Shown in pieces: positions 16,887-26,478 of a stretch of 53,257 bases of DNA. Every line of letters starts with the position of its first letter. The stretch's first letter is position 1. This DNA is from Fidelibacterota bacterium. GTDB taxonomy: Bacteria; Fidelibacterota; Fidelibacteria; Fidelibacterales; DSDE01. A program made the position numbers and the translations under genes. Below the pieces are notes generated by a model, which saw only the letters and a program-made list of their open reading frames with translations, did no database searches and had not been told where the DNA came from. Location: the NCBI GenBank assembly GCA_046735395.1, contig JBJKQR010000054.1, forward strand, positions 1-53,257. Direction: 5' to 3'.

Positions 16887-16942
16887 ATGCGTTGATGCGT
16901 TGATGCGTAGACGGGTAAACGAGTAGATGAGTAGATGGGGAA
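16887..16942. repeat. Degenerate 8-bp tandem repeat (7 units)
   Basis: ATGCGTTG ATGCGTTG ATGCGTAG ACGGGTAA ACGAGTAG ATGAGTAG ATGGGGAA. Confidence 0.7.
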
Positions 16943-17069
16943 GAAACGAGAATTTGCCCTGCTGTGAATGCCGGCATTCTCGCGAATATCAACGTGTAAT
17001 CTTGTAGGGCTGTTTCAGGAGCCGGGAACCGGCGACGCAAGCTTCCAGCTTCTTTCCTGCCGCGTCGAA

Positions 17070-17213
17070 GTGAAACGAAGACGGGCTACTCGACACTGGC
17101 GTTGTGAAACGGTGACGGGCTTGCGGGGGCGTTGCGGGGGTATCCCCCGCAGAAGGGGGTGGGTGAGATCCTCCGCGCAGCGGATAGCTCACCCAGGGGG
17201 AAAACTTTCCCCC
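17070..17213. repeat. GC-rich multi-hairpin intergenic element
   Basis: GTGAAACG-NN-GACGGGCT occurs twice. Hairpins: TGCGGGGGTATCCCCCGCA, GGGTGAG...CTCACCC and GGGGGAAAACTTTCCCCC. Confidence 0.55.
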
Positions 17214-17354
17214 ACACAAATACATACCCTCAATGATCCTTTTATCGGGAAATGGGAATTCGGATTCTGCGGGGGAATATTCTCCTGATCAGCCCCTATT
17301 AAAAATCCATGACAATTCCCTTCGGGAGTTGTATATTCCTCAGAGGCACAGAAA

Positions 17355-17828
17355 ATGAGTGATTTAGTACTGTTCAGACATAGCGAAGCAGAGGCGGTGC
17401 AAAGCACGGATTTCGAACGCCGACTTACGGAACAGGGCCGATTCACTCTGCAGAAAATCGCGGAAACGGCGCTTTCCGTGGTTCCCACGCTGGACACCAT
17501 TCTCTCCTCCCCCCTGATCAGGGCCCGGCAGAGCGCGGAAATTCTGGCTCAGGCCTATGGCCTTTCCTCCGACAGCATTCAGGAATGCGACGAGCTGGCC
17601 AACGGTATGCCGGCGGAGCTTCTGCGCATCCTCAAACCGTTCAGCGGCAGCAATATCGCCTGTGTGGGCCACATGCCGGGACTGTCCTTTCTGGCGTCGG
17701 ATCTGGCCGCCGGATATCAGGTACCTCTGGATTTCAATTTTTTCCCGGGGCAGTTTCTCGTCTTCGGATTTTCAGGAAAATTTCTGAGAAATCAGGGACA
17801 TCTTCGCTATCGCTGCACTCTTTCCTAA
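17355..17828 (+). CDS. sixA: Phosphohistidine phosphatase SixA
   Basis: Motifs FRHSEA, DFERRLTEQG, SSPLIRARQSA and VGHMP. Confidence 0.8.
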   Translation: MSDLVLFRHSEAEAVQSTDFERRLTEQGRFTLQKIAETALSVVPTLDTILSSPLIRARQSAEILAQAYGLSSDSIQECDELANGMPAELLRILKPFSGSNIACVGHMPGLSFLASDLAAGYQVPLDFNFFPGQFLVFGFSGKFLRNQGHLRYRCTLS

Positions 17829-17867
17829 CCTGCGGCCCATCATCGGTCCGCACAGCACGGGTTGCCC

Positions 17868-18815
17868 ATGAGACAGATCCTTCTCTTCAGTGAATTGAAA
17901 AAGGAAATCGAATCCTGCGTGGCCATTGCATATTCTCTGAAACAGGCCATGAATTCAGAGTCGCTGGCCTCTCTTCTGAAAACCCTCGATCAAATTACCT
18001 TTCTTCGGAAATATGCCGGCCTGAGCGGAACATCGGAAAAAAAACTGGCCCGCCTCCTGGCCCCCTGCACTGAAATTTCGGCCCTGGCGTCGCCGCTGTA
18101 TCTCGATGAAAAGGGCGACTTCCTTCTGTCCGTTCAGCTCATCGGCAATGCCCGGGGCAGGGAAAAAACCGTCCTCAACCGCGTGAAGCGAGATCTGGCC
18201 CGCAGCCGTTCACAGGCCGCAAAGCAGTTAATCCGCGCACTAAATTCCAATCTGACGAAAATCGACCTGGAAGCGCTCCTGGCCCGCATCGACCGGTTTG
18301 AAAAAACGGCGGATCCCGACCCGGAACGTCAGAAGACGCTCATTCGTAAAAAATATCTCATGGCCCTGCTGCCGGTTCAGATTTACAATGCCGAAGGCCA
18401 GCTCTCCTCCTCGGCAAAAACCTTTGATTCCCTGTACAACGCCCTGAACGAAATTCATCTCATTCTGAAATATTTCATTCCGGCCGAAGATGATTCCGCG
18501 GAAAATCTCGGTATTCTCAAGGAAGCGCTCGGACAAATCCGCCTCTATGACCGGCTCCAGGTTCACCTGCGGGATCAGGTCCATTCGGCCTTTGTCGAAG
18601 TGGATGCCTTCCACGCCCGCATCATGGCTGCGGAAAGCCCTGACTGGGGCGGCCTCTCCGCCGAACTGAAATTTCCGCCCCTGAAGGAAATGTTCCAAAG
18701 CCTGAAAACCCTGGACAAATTACGGCGGAATACGATCAGCAACGTCCTCCTCGCCTGGGAGGACCTGGAATATCAAAAAACCTGGTTCAAAATTTTTAAC
18801 CAGAGCTTCAACTGA
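17868..18815 (+). CDS. Helical hypothetical protein, possibly a degenerate CHAD domain
   Basis: All-alpha, basic sequence directly after sixA; LKEALGQIRLYD resembles the CHAD 'lq..LG...D.d' motif. ATG at 17868. Confidence 0.4.
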   Translation: MRQILLFSELKKEIESCVAIAYSLKQAMNSESLASLLKTLDQITFLRKYAGLSGTSEKKLARLLAPCTEISALASPLYLDEKGDFLLSVQLIGNARGREKTVLNRVKRDLARSRSQAAKQLIRALNSNLTKIDLEALLARIDRFEKTADPDPERQKTLIRKKYLMALLPVQIYNAEGQLSSSAKTFDSLYNALNEIHLILKYFIPAEDDSAENLGILKEALGQIRLYDRLQVHLRDQVHSAFVEVDAFHARIMAAESPDWGGLSAELKFPPLKEMFQSLKTLDKLRRNTISNVLLAWEDLEYQKTWFKIFNQSFN

Positions 18816-18819
18816 TTTT

Positions 18820-19680
18820 GTGAAATCATTTAACGTATCCATCCGCGACGGGCTGTCACTCAACGTCTATGAATTCGGCAGTTCCGGCCCCATCCTTCAC
18901 TTCTATCATGCCAATGGATTTGCAGCCAATGTCTACCGGTCCATGCTGGAAAACCTGGCCGACGACTTTCATGTCTTTGCCACCGATATCCGCGGCCACG
19001 GACTGAGTGACAAACCTGATCACATCCATTCCTGGCAGGAACTTGCCCAGGATTGCATAGAGGTTCTGAATGTCATTTCACCGGAACAGCCCGTCATCCT
19101 GCTGGGGCATTCTCTCGGGGCTGTGGCCAGCATGATGGCTGCCGCACACAGTCCTCATCGCGTTTCCTCCGTCATTGCCATGGATCCGGTTCTCTTTACG
19201 GCCCCGCTGCTCATCACCTTCGGCCTGCTCAATCGCCTGGGCCTCCGCCATCTCCTTCCACCGGTCTCCGGTGCGCTGAAGCGACGCTGCGAGTTCCCTT
19301 CCAGAGAGGTCGTCATCCGGACCTATCGCAGCCGGCCGGTTTTCAGACAATGGGATCCCCGCTATATGGAAAATTACGCCCGATATGGCTTTATCGACTC
19401 GGATAACGGCATCCGGCTGGCCTGCCCCCGGGCCATCGAGGCCGATATTTACGCCACCATTCCCTTTCGTATCTGGAAAACCCTTCCCAGGCTCGCCTGT
19501 CCGGTCCTCATCCTGCGCGGCAGTGACTCAGAAACACTTCGCCCGAATGCATTTGGAAAAGCTCTTCGCCTCAATTTCCGCATCCGGGGACAGGAAATCG
19601 ACGGCGCCGGCCACCTCTTTCCCATGGAAAAGGAAACGGAGGTTCTGAACGCCATTCGCTCTTTTATGAATTCTCAATAA
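18820..19680 (+). CDS. Alpha/beta hydrolase
   Basis: Motifs HANGF, DIRGHG, GHSLG (nucleophile) and GAGHLFP. Confidence 0.9.
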   Translation: MKSFNVSIRDGLSLNVYEFGSSGPILHFYHANGFAANVYRSMLENLADDFHVFATDIRGHGLSDKPDHIHSWQELAQDCIEVLNVISPEQPVILLGHSLGAVASMMAAAHSPHRVSSVIAMDPVLFTAPLLITFGLLNRLGLRHLLPPVSGALKRRCEFPSREVVIRTYRSRPVFRQWDPRYMENYARYGFIDSDNGIRLACPRAIEADIYATIPFRIWKTLPRLACPVLILRGSDSETLRPNAFGKALRLNFRIRGQEIDGAGHLFPMEKETEVLNAIRSFMNSQ

Positions 19681-19889
19681 CCTTCCCGATGCGCGCGGCG
19701 TCACAAACAGGAATATTTCATGATACCGGCGTTGTTTTTTTCACTTGAGTGAACTACCTTTAACGGTTGATATAAAGGTTACGGGTATAATGTATTCGGA
19801 AAATGATTCAGGGCCGCTGGCACCCCGGAGAACCCGGATCAGAACTCAGCCGACAGCACTAAATTTTTAACATTCGTGAAAGGATTCCC

Positions 19890-21200
19890 ATGTTAAAACA
19901 GAAGCGATTCCCGTCCAGACTGTTATTGACTTTCATCCTGATTATCCTCTCCGGCCTGACTCTTCAGGCGGAACCAACGGTCCTCAAGCTCCGTAATGGT
20001 GATACGATTCGCGGAAGCATCCTTCCTTCATCCGGAGATTCACTAACTGTCGAGACTGCTTACGGAACGCTCCGCATTCTGCGAAATGATGTTCTGAATC
20101 TGAGCGAGATTGAATCGGTACAGGCCGCCGGGGACTCGCTCCGGCCCTCCCTTCCGGGCCTGAAAATCCGCCATGATGCCCGCTGGAAAACCATCTATAC
20201 CACTATGGGTGTCGTCAATACACTCTATGGCTTCGGCATCCCCTATGTTCTGGGTGTCTCTGACGCGGGAATCGGCAACGGAATGCGGCTCCTGCTCCTC
20301 GGAGGAAGTTTCTATGCCAGCTACTCCGTGACAAAGAATATGGACCTTCCCGAAGCCCGTTTCACCTGTCAGCTGACCGGAACCGCTCTCGGCATGGGCT
20401 CCATTATCCCCCTGATCGGCCTGATCGGGGCGTCAAACTGGGAAAAAATTGATACAAACGGCAAATTATCACTCCTTATTGCCATGACGGCCACCCCCTT
20501 CGGCACCCGTTTCGGTGACAATTGGTATCATAAATACCAGTATTCCACCGGACAGGCGCTTTTTGTCAGCCAGGCTATGATCTGGGGCGCCGCAAATGCT
20601 GCGAACCTGCTCTATATCCAGCATCCGGAGGATCTGGGAATGTCGGAGAACCGGTTCCGCGTATATACTCTGCTGACAACCGGTGCGATGCTTGCCTCCG
20701 GACTGAAAGCTCATTCCTACGTACTGCAGCGCCGCTATGACTCGGGGGATATCAGTCTCCTTGATTTTGCCGGCGTACTCGGCTGGGCCAGCAGCGGCCT
20801 GCTGTGTACAACCGTGGATAAGATGTCGACACGCGCTGTCGCCGGGACCGTGATGCTCGGCAGCAACGCCTATCTCTACCTGCTGAACCGCCGGATACAG
20901 CAACAGCACATCAGCGACGGGGATGCAACCATCGTTGCCCTGGGAACCGGTGCAAGCTGGCTGTCCTGGATGGGACTCAATTTTCTCTTCCATATGGATT
21001 ACGGAACCGATTTTGCCCGAATCATGGATGTGGCCTTTCTCAATGCGGGATTTTTCGTCACGCTCAATGCGGTCCAGAACAACGCAGCGACCCAGGCGGT
21101 ATCCGCCCCGTCTTCCCTGTCTCTCCGCCTCACTCCCACGACCTTCTACTCCCCAGTTTCCGGTATGAATGCAGGCCTGAACCTCAGCCTCCGCTTCTGA
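19890..21200 (+). CDS. Exported hypothetical membrane protein
   Basis: Signal peptide, LKLRNGDTIRG small domain, many Gly-rich hydrophobic segments and C-terminal GLNLSLRF. Confidence 0.6.
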   Translation: MLKQKRFPSRLLLTFILIILSGLTLQAEPTVLKLRNGDTIRGSILPSSGDSLTVETAYGTLRILRNDVLNLSEIESVQAAGDSLRPSLPGLKIRHDARWKTIYTTMGVVNTLYGFGIPYVLGVSDAGIGNGMRLLLLGGSFYASYSVTKNMDLPEARFTCQLTGTALGMGSIIPLIGLIGASNWEKIDTNGKLSLLIAMTATPFGTRFGDNWYHKYQYSTGQALFVSQAMIWGAANAANLLYIQHPEDLGMSENRFRVYTLLTTGAMLASGLKAHSYVLQRRYDSGDISLLDFAGVLGWASSGLLCTTVDKMSTRAVAGTVMLGSNAYLYLLNRRIQQQHISDGDATIVALGTGASWLSWMGLNFLFHMDYGTDFARIMDVAFLNAGFFVTLNAVQNNAATQAVSAPSSLSLRLTPTTFYSPVSGMNAGLNLSLRF

Positions 21201-21370
21201 AACTCTGGCAGCGTATCACTCACCATTTTCGAATTCCCTGTCCTATAGATTCACAATAAAATACTCCGGCAGGGTTTCCCCGCCAACCCTCGAACCCGCC
21301 CACCATATAAACTCATTTGTTTTTCACCGATGATTCCATATATTTTTATTAAAAATAATATGGATAAATA

Positions 21371-21394
21371 ATAGTTTAAATCTGAATCAACTAT
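21371..21394. promoter_or_regulatory. Inverted repeat upstream of marR (candidate operator)
   Basis: ATAGTT-N12-AACTAT in AT-rich DNA just before the RBS. Confidence 0.35.
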
Positions 21395-21411
21395 AACAGG
21401 AGAAGCGGGAG

Positions 21412-21876
21412 ATGGCAGAATTGAAGGAGAAAATGGACGGGTTCAGCCTTGAGCAGGAATACATTTATCCGGTAATGGCGCTTTATCACCTCACTCAGCA
21501 GGTTTATAAGAAATTTTTCGGAGACAAGAAATTCAACATCACGCCATCCCAATGGGAAGCGCTTAATCAGTTGTGGGACAAGGACGGCATGTCCCAGGCG
21601 GAACTGGCGGACCGCACCTTCAAGGACCGTCCCTTCACCACCCGCCTCGTGGATGATCTGGAAAAAAAGGCGCTCGTTTACCGGGTTCAGGATAAGAAGG
21701 ACCGCCGCAGCAACAAGGTTTTTCTCACTGCCAAGGGCCGTACTCTGAAATTCCAGATTCTTCCCGAATATTTCAAGCTGTCGGATCAGCTCCGTGGCTC
21801 CGTCTCACCCGAAGCCATTGAGGAGCTGAAGGAAACCTGCCGTGAATTGTCGGATACCATCCGGTCGATTTCCTGA
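21412..21876 (+). CDS. MarR-family transcriptional regulator
   Basis: Motifs ITPSQW, SQAELA, TRLVDDLEKK and DRRSNKVFLTAKG. Confidence 0.92.
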   Translation: MAELKEKMDGFSLEQEYIYPVMALYHLTQQVYKKFFGDKKFNITPSQWEALNQLWDKDGMSQAELADRTFKDRPFTTRLVDDLEKKALVYRVQDKKDRRSNKVFLTAKGRTLKFQILPEYFKLSDQLRGSVSPEAIEELKETCRELSDTIRSIS

Positions 21877-21938
21877 CTCATTTATCGGAAATCTGCTGAA
21901 AGTCATATTTAATTAAGTAAAATCAGAGAGGAGCATCC

Positions 21939-22442
21939 ATGAAAGCAATGACGAAGAAAAGTCTGGAAGAAGCCTTTGCCGGTGAAAGTATGGCTCACAT
22001 GAAATACCTCGCCTTCTCCCAGATCGCGGATAAGGAAGGATTCGAAAAAGTGGCGCGCCTCTTCCGGGCTATCAGCTATGCCGAATCCATTCACGCCATT
22101 CATCATGCGAAAACCATGGGGATTCTGGGCGAAACCGCTGCCAACCTCCAGGCCGGTATTGACGGGGAACATTTCGAAGTGACGGAAATGTATCCTGCCT
22201 ACGAAGCCATCGCCCGGCTCCAGGACGAAAAAAAGGCCCTCAAATCCATCAACTGGGCCGTGGAAGCCGAAAAGACCCACGAGGAAATCTACCGTCTCGC
22301 GCTGAAAGCCGTCAGCGCAGGCAAGGACTTTGATATTGACGATGTCTATATCTGTCCCACCTGCGGCTATGCCGAAATCGGCAAACCCACGGAACGCTGT
22401 CCGGTCTGCGGGCAGGCTCCGGAAAAATTTGAAAAATTCTGA
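21939..22442 (+). CDS. rbr: Rubrerythrin
   Basis: AFAGES, ESIHA, GEHFE and EKTH diiron motifs; C-terminal CPTCG...CPVCG rubredoxin domain. Confidence 0.93.
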   Translation: MKAMTKKSLEEAFAGESMAHMKYLAFSQIADKEGFEKVARLFRAISYAESIHAIHHAKTMGILGETAANLQAGIDGEHFEVTEMYPAYEAIARLQDEKKALKSINWAVEAEKTHEEIYRLALKAVSAGKDFDIDDVYICPTCGYAEIGKPTERCPVCGQAPEKFEKF

Positions 22443-22554
22443 GTAACGAAAACGCAGTCACCGCAATTTTTCACTCGGCCTGAAATGCACAGGGGATGCA
22501 GTGTGAGCAACATTTTCTTACTGCAAATTTCCACGTATTTTTGTAATTTGAGAC

Positions 22555-23406
22555 ATGAATAAATTCCTGCTTTCGCTTCTCATCGGATTCGTGGCTCTCC
22601 AGGCTGCGCCCCGCCGATTCCGGATCACCGTGAGTATCGCCCCCCAGAAGCAGTTTGTGGAAAAAGTTGCCGGGACAGGCCAGGACATCAGCATTCTCAT
22701 TCCGCAGAACACCGCTCCGGTCACATACTCGCCCACTCCCCGGCAGATGATGGATCTGGAAAATACGGATCTATATTACAGCATCGGCATGGATCAGTAT
22801 CTTTTTGAAACACAGTTTATCTATCCTTATCTCGCGGATCATCCGAATATTCGCCGTCTGAAGATGTCAGAAGCCCTCCGGCTGCTGCCCTCGGAGGATG
22901 AGGATGAAGATGACCGTGGCGAATTTGACCCTCATATCTGGCTTGCTCCTGAAAATGTCATTGTCAGTATCAGCCAGCTCTGTGATATGTTTGTCAGCAT
23001 GGATCCGGAAAACGCGTCCTTTTACAGGGAAAATACGGATCAGTTCATCGCGGAGATCCACTTGCTTCAAATGGAAATTCATCAGCAGCTCGACGCCCTG
23101 CCGTCTAAAAACTTTATGGTTTACCACCCGGCCTGGAGTTATTTCGCTCACGAATTCGGACTTCATCAGATATCCATTGAACAGGCCGGAAAATCGCCCG
23201 GTCCCCGGCAGCTCATGGACATTATCAATCAGGGCCGCAAACAGGGGATCAAGGTCATATTTGTCCAGGAGGGCTTTTCCCAGCAATCCGCTAAAGTCAT
23301 TGCCCGGGAACTGAATGCGGAAGTTCTGCCCCTCAATCCGCTGGACCCGGACTGGACTCAAAACCTGAAAAACTGCGCAAGCGCATTTCAGAAGGCTGTA
23401 GAATAA
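22555..23406 (+). CDS. znuA: Zn/Mn ABC transporter substrate-binding protein
   Basis: Motifs VSIAPQ, DPHIWL, YHPAWSYF and LNPL. Confidence 0.88.
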   Translation: MNKFLLSLLIGFVALQAAPRRFRITVSIAPQKQFVEKVAGTGQDISILIPQNTAPVTYSPTPRQMMDLENTDLYYSIGMDQYLFETQFIYPYLADHPNIRRLKMSEALRLLPSEDEDEDDRGEFDPHIWLAPENVIVSISQLCDMFVSMDPENASFYRENTDQFIAEIHLLQMEIHQQLDALPSKNFMVYHPAWSYFAHEFGLHQISIEQAGKSPGPRQLMDIINQGRKQGIKVIFVQEGFSQQSAKVIARELNAEVLPLNPLDPDWTQNLKNCASAFQKAVE

Positions 23407-23409
23407 ATT

Positions 23410-24156
23410 ATGGAAAGCAAGCCAGTCATCGAAGTCCGGGACCTGTCCTATTCCTATGGACGGCATAAGGTTCTGAAAAATGTTGATCTCACGATTTACG
23501 ACCGGGACTATCTCCTGATTCTCGGACCGAACGGCGGCGGAAAGACGACGCTGCTGCGCTGCATTCTGGGCCTGATACAGCCCCAGAAGGGCAAAATCAT
23601 TTATCATTACCGCCGAGGAAAAAGCGGCTATGTTCCCCAGTTCTCCGATTTTGATTCCTTCCTTCCCATGACCGTGGCTGAAACCGTCCGCAGCGGGCTT
23701 ATTTCCCACTATGGGCTGTTCCATCACTATGGCGCAGATGCATGGGCCCGTGTGGACAAACTTCTGGAAAGGCTGGATCTGGCGACTCTCAGAAATGAAC
23801 AGATCAGCGAGCTGTCCGGCGGACAGATTCAGCGAGTTCTCATCGCCCGCGCCCTCATCAATGATCCGGAAATTCTCTTCCTCGATGAGCCCACCGCCTC
23901 CATTGACGGAAAAAGCCGCGAAGCCCTGATGGGTCTGCTGGACGAATTGAACCGCAAAATTCCCATTGTCATGATTACCCATGACAGCTCAGCCATTGCC
24001 TCGTCTGTCAAAAACATCGCCTGTATCAACGAAAACCTGCATTATCACGCCAGCGGACACGTGACGGAGGAAACCCTGCGGCAGGTCTACGGCTGTCCCG
24101 TCGAAATGCTGGCCCATGGAGTACCGCATCGTGTCATCGAACATCATCACCACTGA
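23410..24156 (+). CDS. znuC: Zn/Mn ABC transporter ATPase
   Basis: Motifs GPNGGGKTT, LSGGQ and LDEP; His-rich C-terminus. Confidence 0.9.
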   Translation: MESKPVIEVRDLSYSYGRHKVLKNVDLTIYDRDYLLILGPNGGGKTTLLRCILGLIQPQKGKIIYHYRRGKSGYVPQFSDFDSFLPMTVAETVRSGLISHYGLFHHYGADAWARVDKLLERLDLATLRNEQISELSGGQIQRVLIARALINDPEILFLDEPTASIDGKSREALMGLLDELNRKIPIVMITHDSSAIASSVKNIACINENLHYHASGHVTEETLRQVYGCPVEMLAHGVPHRVIEHHHH

Positions 24157-24177
24157 TTTTTTTAGCCGGGATCACCT

Positions 24178-24993
24178 ATGATTGAACTGCTCCATTATGA
24201 TTTTATCCGCAATGCCCTGGTCACCGGTATTCTGGCAGCGATCATCTGCGGTTTTATCGGCCCCTTTATCGTGGTCCGTCGCCTCGTCTTCATCAGCGGC
24301 GGTATTTCACACATCGCCTTCGGAGGCCTGGGGCTCTTCTATTTTCTCGGCCTGGACCCCTTCCTCGGCGCACTGACGGCAGCCGTCCTCACCGGGCTTT
24401 TCATCATGCCGGCTACGCGGAATCTGTCCCGTTACAATGACGCCCGCATCGGGATATTCTGGGCGCTCGGCATGGCCGTGGGCATTCTCTTCATCAGCAA
24501 GACGCCCGGATATGCGCCCAATCTCATCACCTACCTTTTCGGAAATATTCTCACCGTAAGCCGGCAGAGCCTGGTCATCACGCTGGCCCTGACGCTTATC
24601 GTCACAGCGGCCATTTTCATTTTTTACAAGGAATTCGTCAGCATTTCCTTCGACCTGGAATTTTCCCGCGTACAGGGACTTCCCGTCAGCCGGCTGAACA
24701 GTCTGCTCATGCTCCTCATCTCCATTACCATCGTTGCCCTCATCCAGGTAGTGGGCATCATCCTGGTCATCGCCATGCTCACCATTCCGACGCTTATCGC
24801 TCTTCAGTTCGCCCGTCATTTCAGCCAGGTCATTCTGATTTCCGTCCTGTCCGGAATTCTCATGAGTATCATCGGCCTGTTCCTCTCCTTTTATCTGGAT
24901 ATGGCCAGCGGGCCGGTTATCATTATCAGCGGAGCCGTCGGCCTCGGCCTCATTTCTCTCATCCGAAAATTCAGGACAGCAGCCCGTGACTGA
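24178..24993 (+). CDS. znuB: Zn/Mn ABC transporter permease
   Basis: Motifs GGISHIAFGG, YLFGNIL and VGIILVIAMLTIP. Confidence 0.9.
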   Translation: MIELLHYDFIRNALVTGILAAIICGFIGPFIVVRRLVFISGGISHIAFGGLGLFYFLGLDPFLGALTAAVLTGLFIMPATRNLSRYNDARIGIFWALGMAVGILFISKTPGYAPNLITYLFGNILTVSRQSLVITLALTLIVTAAIFIFYKEFVSISFDLEFSRVQGLPVSRLNSLLMLLISITIVALIQVVGIILVIAMLTIPTLIALQFARHFSQVILISVLSGILMSIIGLFLSFYLDMASGPVIIISGAVGLGLISLIRKFRTAARD

Positions 24994-25738
24994 TCGGAAC
25001 GATCCCAAACCGGAAATTTCTGCCGGACACGACCATACCCGGGCCTTTGCTGTCAGTCCGGGAACTCTGTATATCGTGTCCACTCCCATCGGAAATCTGC
25101 GGGACATCACACTGAGGGCCCTCGATGTGCTCCGGGGCGTGGACATCATCGCCTGTGAAGATACCCGTGTCAGCGGCAATCTCCTTTCCCGTTTCGGCAT
25201 CAGCGGCAAGCGCCTGCTCTCCTATTATTCGCATAATGAAAATCAGCGGATTCCCTATCTGCTGGAGGAGCTGGGAAAAGGGCAGAGCGTGGCTCAGATT
25301 TCGGATGCGGGCACACCGGGACTGTCCGATCCCGGGAACCGTCTCGTTACGGCGGCTACGGATGCAGGCATTCCCGTATATTCCATCCCCGGCGCCTCGG
25401 CGCTCACGGCCCTGACGGCGCTTTGTCATTTTCCCGCCCGGTCCTTCCACTTCGAAGGTTTTCTCCCCACAAAAAAAGGCCGGCAGACCCGCCTCCGTGA
25501 CCTCGCGGCTCTCTCCCATGCCGTCATTTTTTACGAATCCACGCATCGGATTCTCAAACTGCTTGAACAGCTTCTCGAAGTATTCGGTGACCGCGATATA
25601 CTCGTTGGGCGGGAATTGACCAAACTCCACGAAACCCAATACAGGGGAACGGTTTCCGGCGCCCTCGAATTCTTTCAGGCCCAGTCCCGCAAAGGTGAAT
25701 TTTGTCTTATCATCCGCGAAAATATGGAGGTATCATGA
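24986..25738 (+). CDS. rsmI: 16S rRNA C1402 2'-O-methyltransferase
   Basis: Motifs TPIGNL, ACEDTR, SDAGTPGLSDPG, FEGFLP and RELTKLHE. Confidence 0.93.
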   Translation: MTDRNDPKPEISAGHDHTRAFAVSPGTLYIVSTPIGNLRDITLRALDVLRGVDIIACEDTRVSGNLLSRFGISGKRLLSYYSHNENQRIPYLLEELGKGQSVAQISDAGTPGLSDPGNRLVTAATDAGIPVYSIPGASALTALTALCHFPARSFHFEGFLPTKKGRQTRLRDLAALSHAVIFYESTHRILKLLEQLLEVFGDRDILVGRELTKLHETQYRGTVSGALEFFQAQSRKGEFCLIIRENMEVS

Positions 25739-26361
25739 GTTTTACGGTTGTCAACCATCCTCTCGTCCGTCACAAGACCTCCCTGCTCAGGCAGGTGACC
25801 ACTCCCATTTCCCAGTTCCGCAGGCTGGCCAGGGAAATTACCAGCCTCCTCTGCTATGAAGCAACCCGTGAACTGGGTACGGAGGAAATCAGTATCAACA
25901 CCTGGCAGGGCCCGATACAGGGAGAAGAGCTGAGCGGAAAAAAAATCACCGTCGTTCCGATTCTCAGAGCCGGCCTGGGTATGCTGGATGGCGTGCTGGA
26001 TCTCATCCCCTCTGCCCGCGTCAACGTTGTAGGCCTGTACCGGGACGAGGACACGCTCCAGCCTGTGGAATACTACAAAAAATTCAACAAGGATCTGCGC
26101 ATGCGGGATGCTCTCATACTCGACCCTATGCTCGCCACCGGCCAGAGTATGGGCGCCACCGTCCGCATGATCCGGGCTGAAGGCTGTGAAAGCATATCCG
26201 TCCTCTGTCTCGTCGCCGCACCGGAAGGCGTCCGCTATATGAATGAAAACTTCCCCGATGTACGGATATTTTCCGCCGCGCTGGATGATCACCTTAATGA
26301 CGACGGGTATATTATTCCCGGTCTGGGCGATGCCGGCGACCGTCTGTTCGGCACGAAGTAA
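25735..26361 (+). CDS. upp: Uracil phosphoribosyltransferase
   Basis: Motifs VPILRAGLGM, DPMLATG and PGLGDAGDR; GGAGG RBS before ATG 25735. Confidence 0.96.
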   Translation: MSFTVVNHPLVRHKTSLLRQVTTPISQFRRLAREITSLLCYEATRELGTEEISINTWQGPIQGEELSGKKITVVPILRAGLGMLDGVLDLIPSARVNVVGLYRDEDTLQPVEYYKKFNKDLRMRDALILDPMLATGQSMGATVRMIRAEGCESISVLCLVAAPEGVRYMNENFPDVRIFSAALDDHLNDDGYIIPGLGDAGDRLFGTK

Positions 26362-26478
26362 ACCCGTCCCGACGCTTTACTCATCACGCAGTCGTCAAAA
26401 TTAATTTCTTGCTATTCCATTATTTTGAATGCAAATTTCCGCGAAAGGAAAAAGAATACTAATCACAAGGAGGGTAAG

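Noticed and set aside
16887..17213. CRISPR array or hammerhead ribozyme in the intergenic region
   Set aside because: There are no 23-47 bp repeats with unique spacers and no cas genes. GAAA motifs are present but I found no CUGANGA core.
16968..17288. 106-aa ORF and overlapping minus-strand ORFs
   Set aside because: They lie over the hairpin element, with biased composition and no RBS or motifs.
19740..19791. Inverted repeats (TTCACT-TG-AGTGAA, ACCTTTA...TAAAGGT) and TTGATA/TATAAT boxes
   Set aside because: The -35/-10 spacing is only 13 bp and the repeats match no regulator I can name.
22443..22554. Zur/Fur box upstream of znuA
   Set aside because: No convincing inverted repeat was found.
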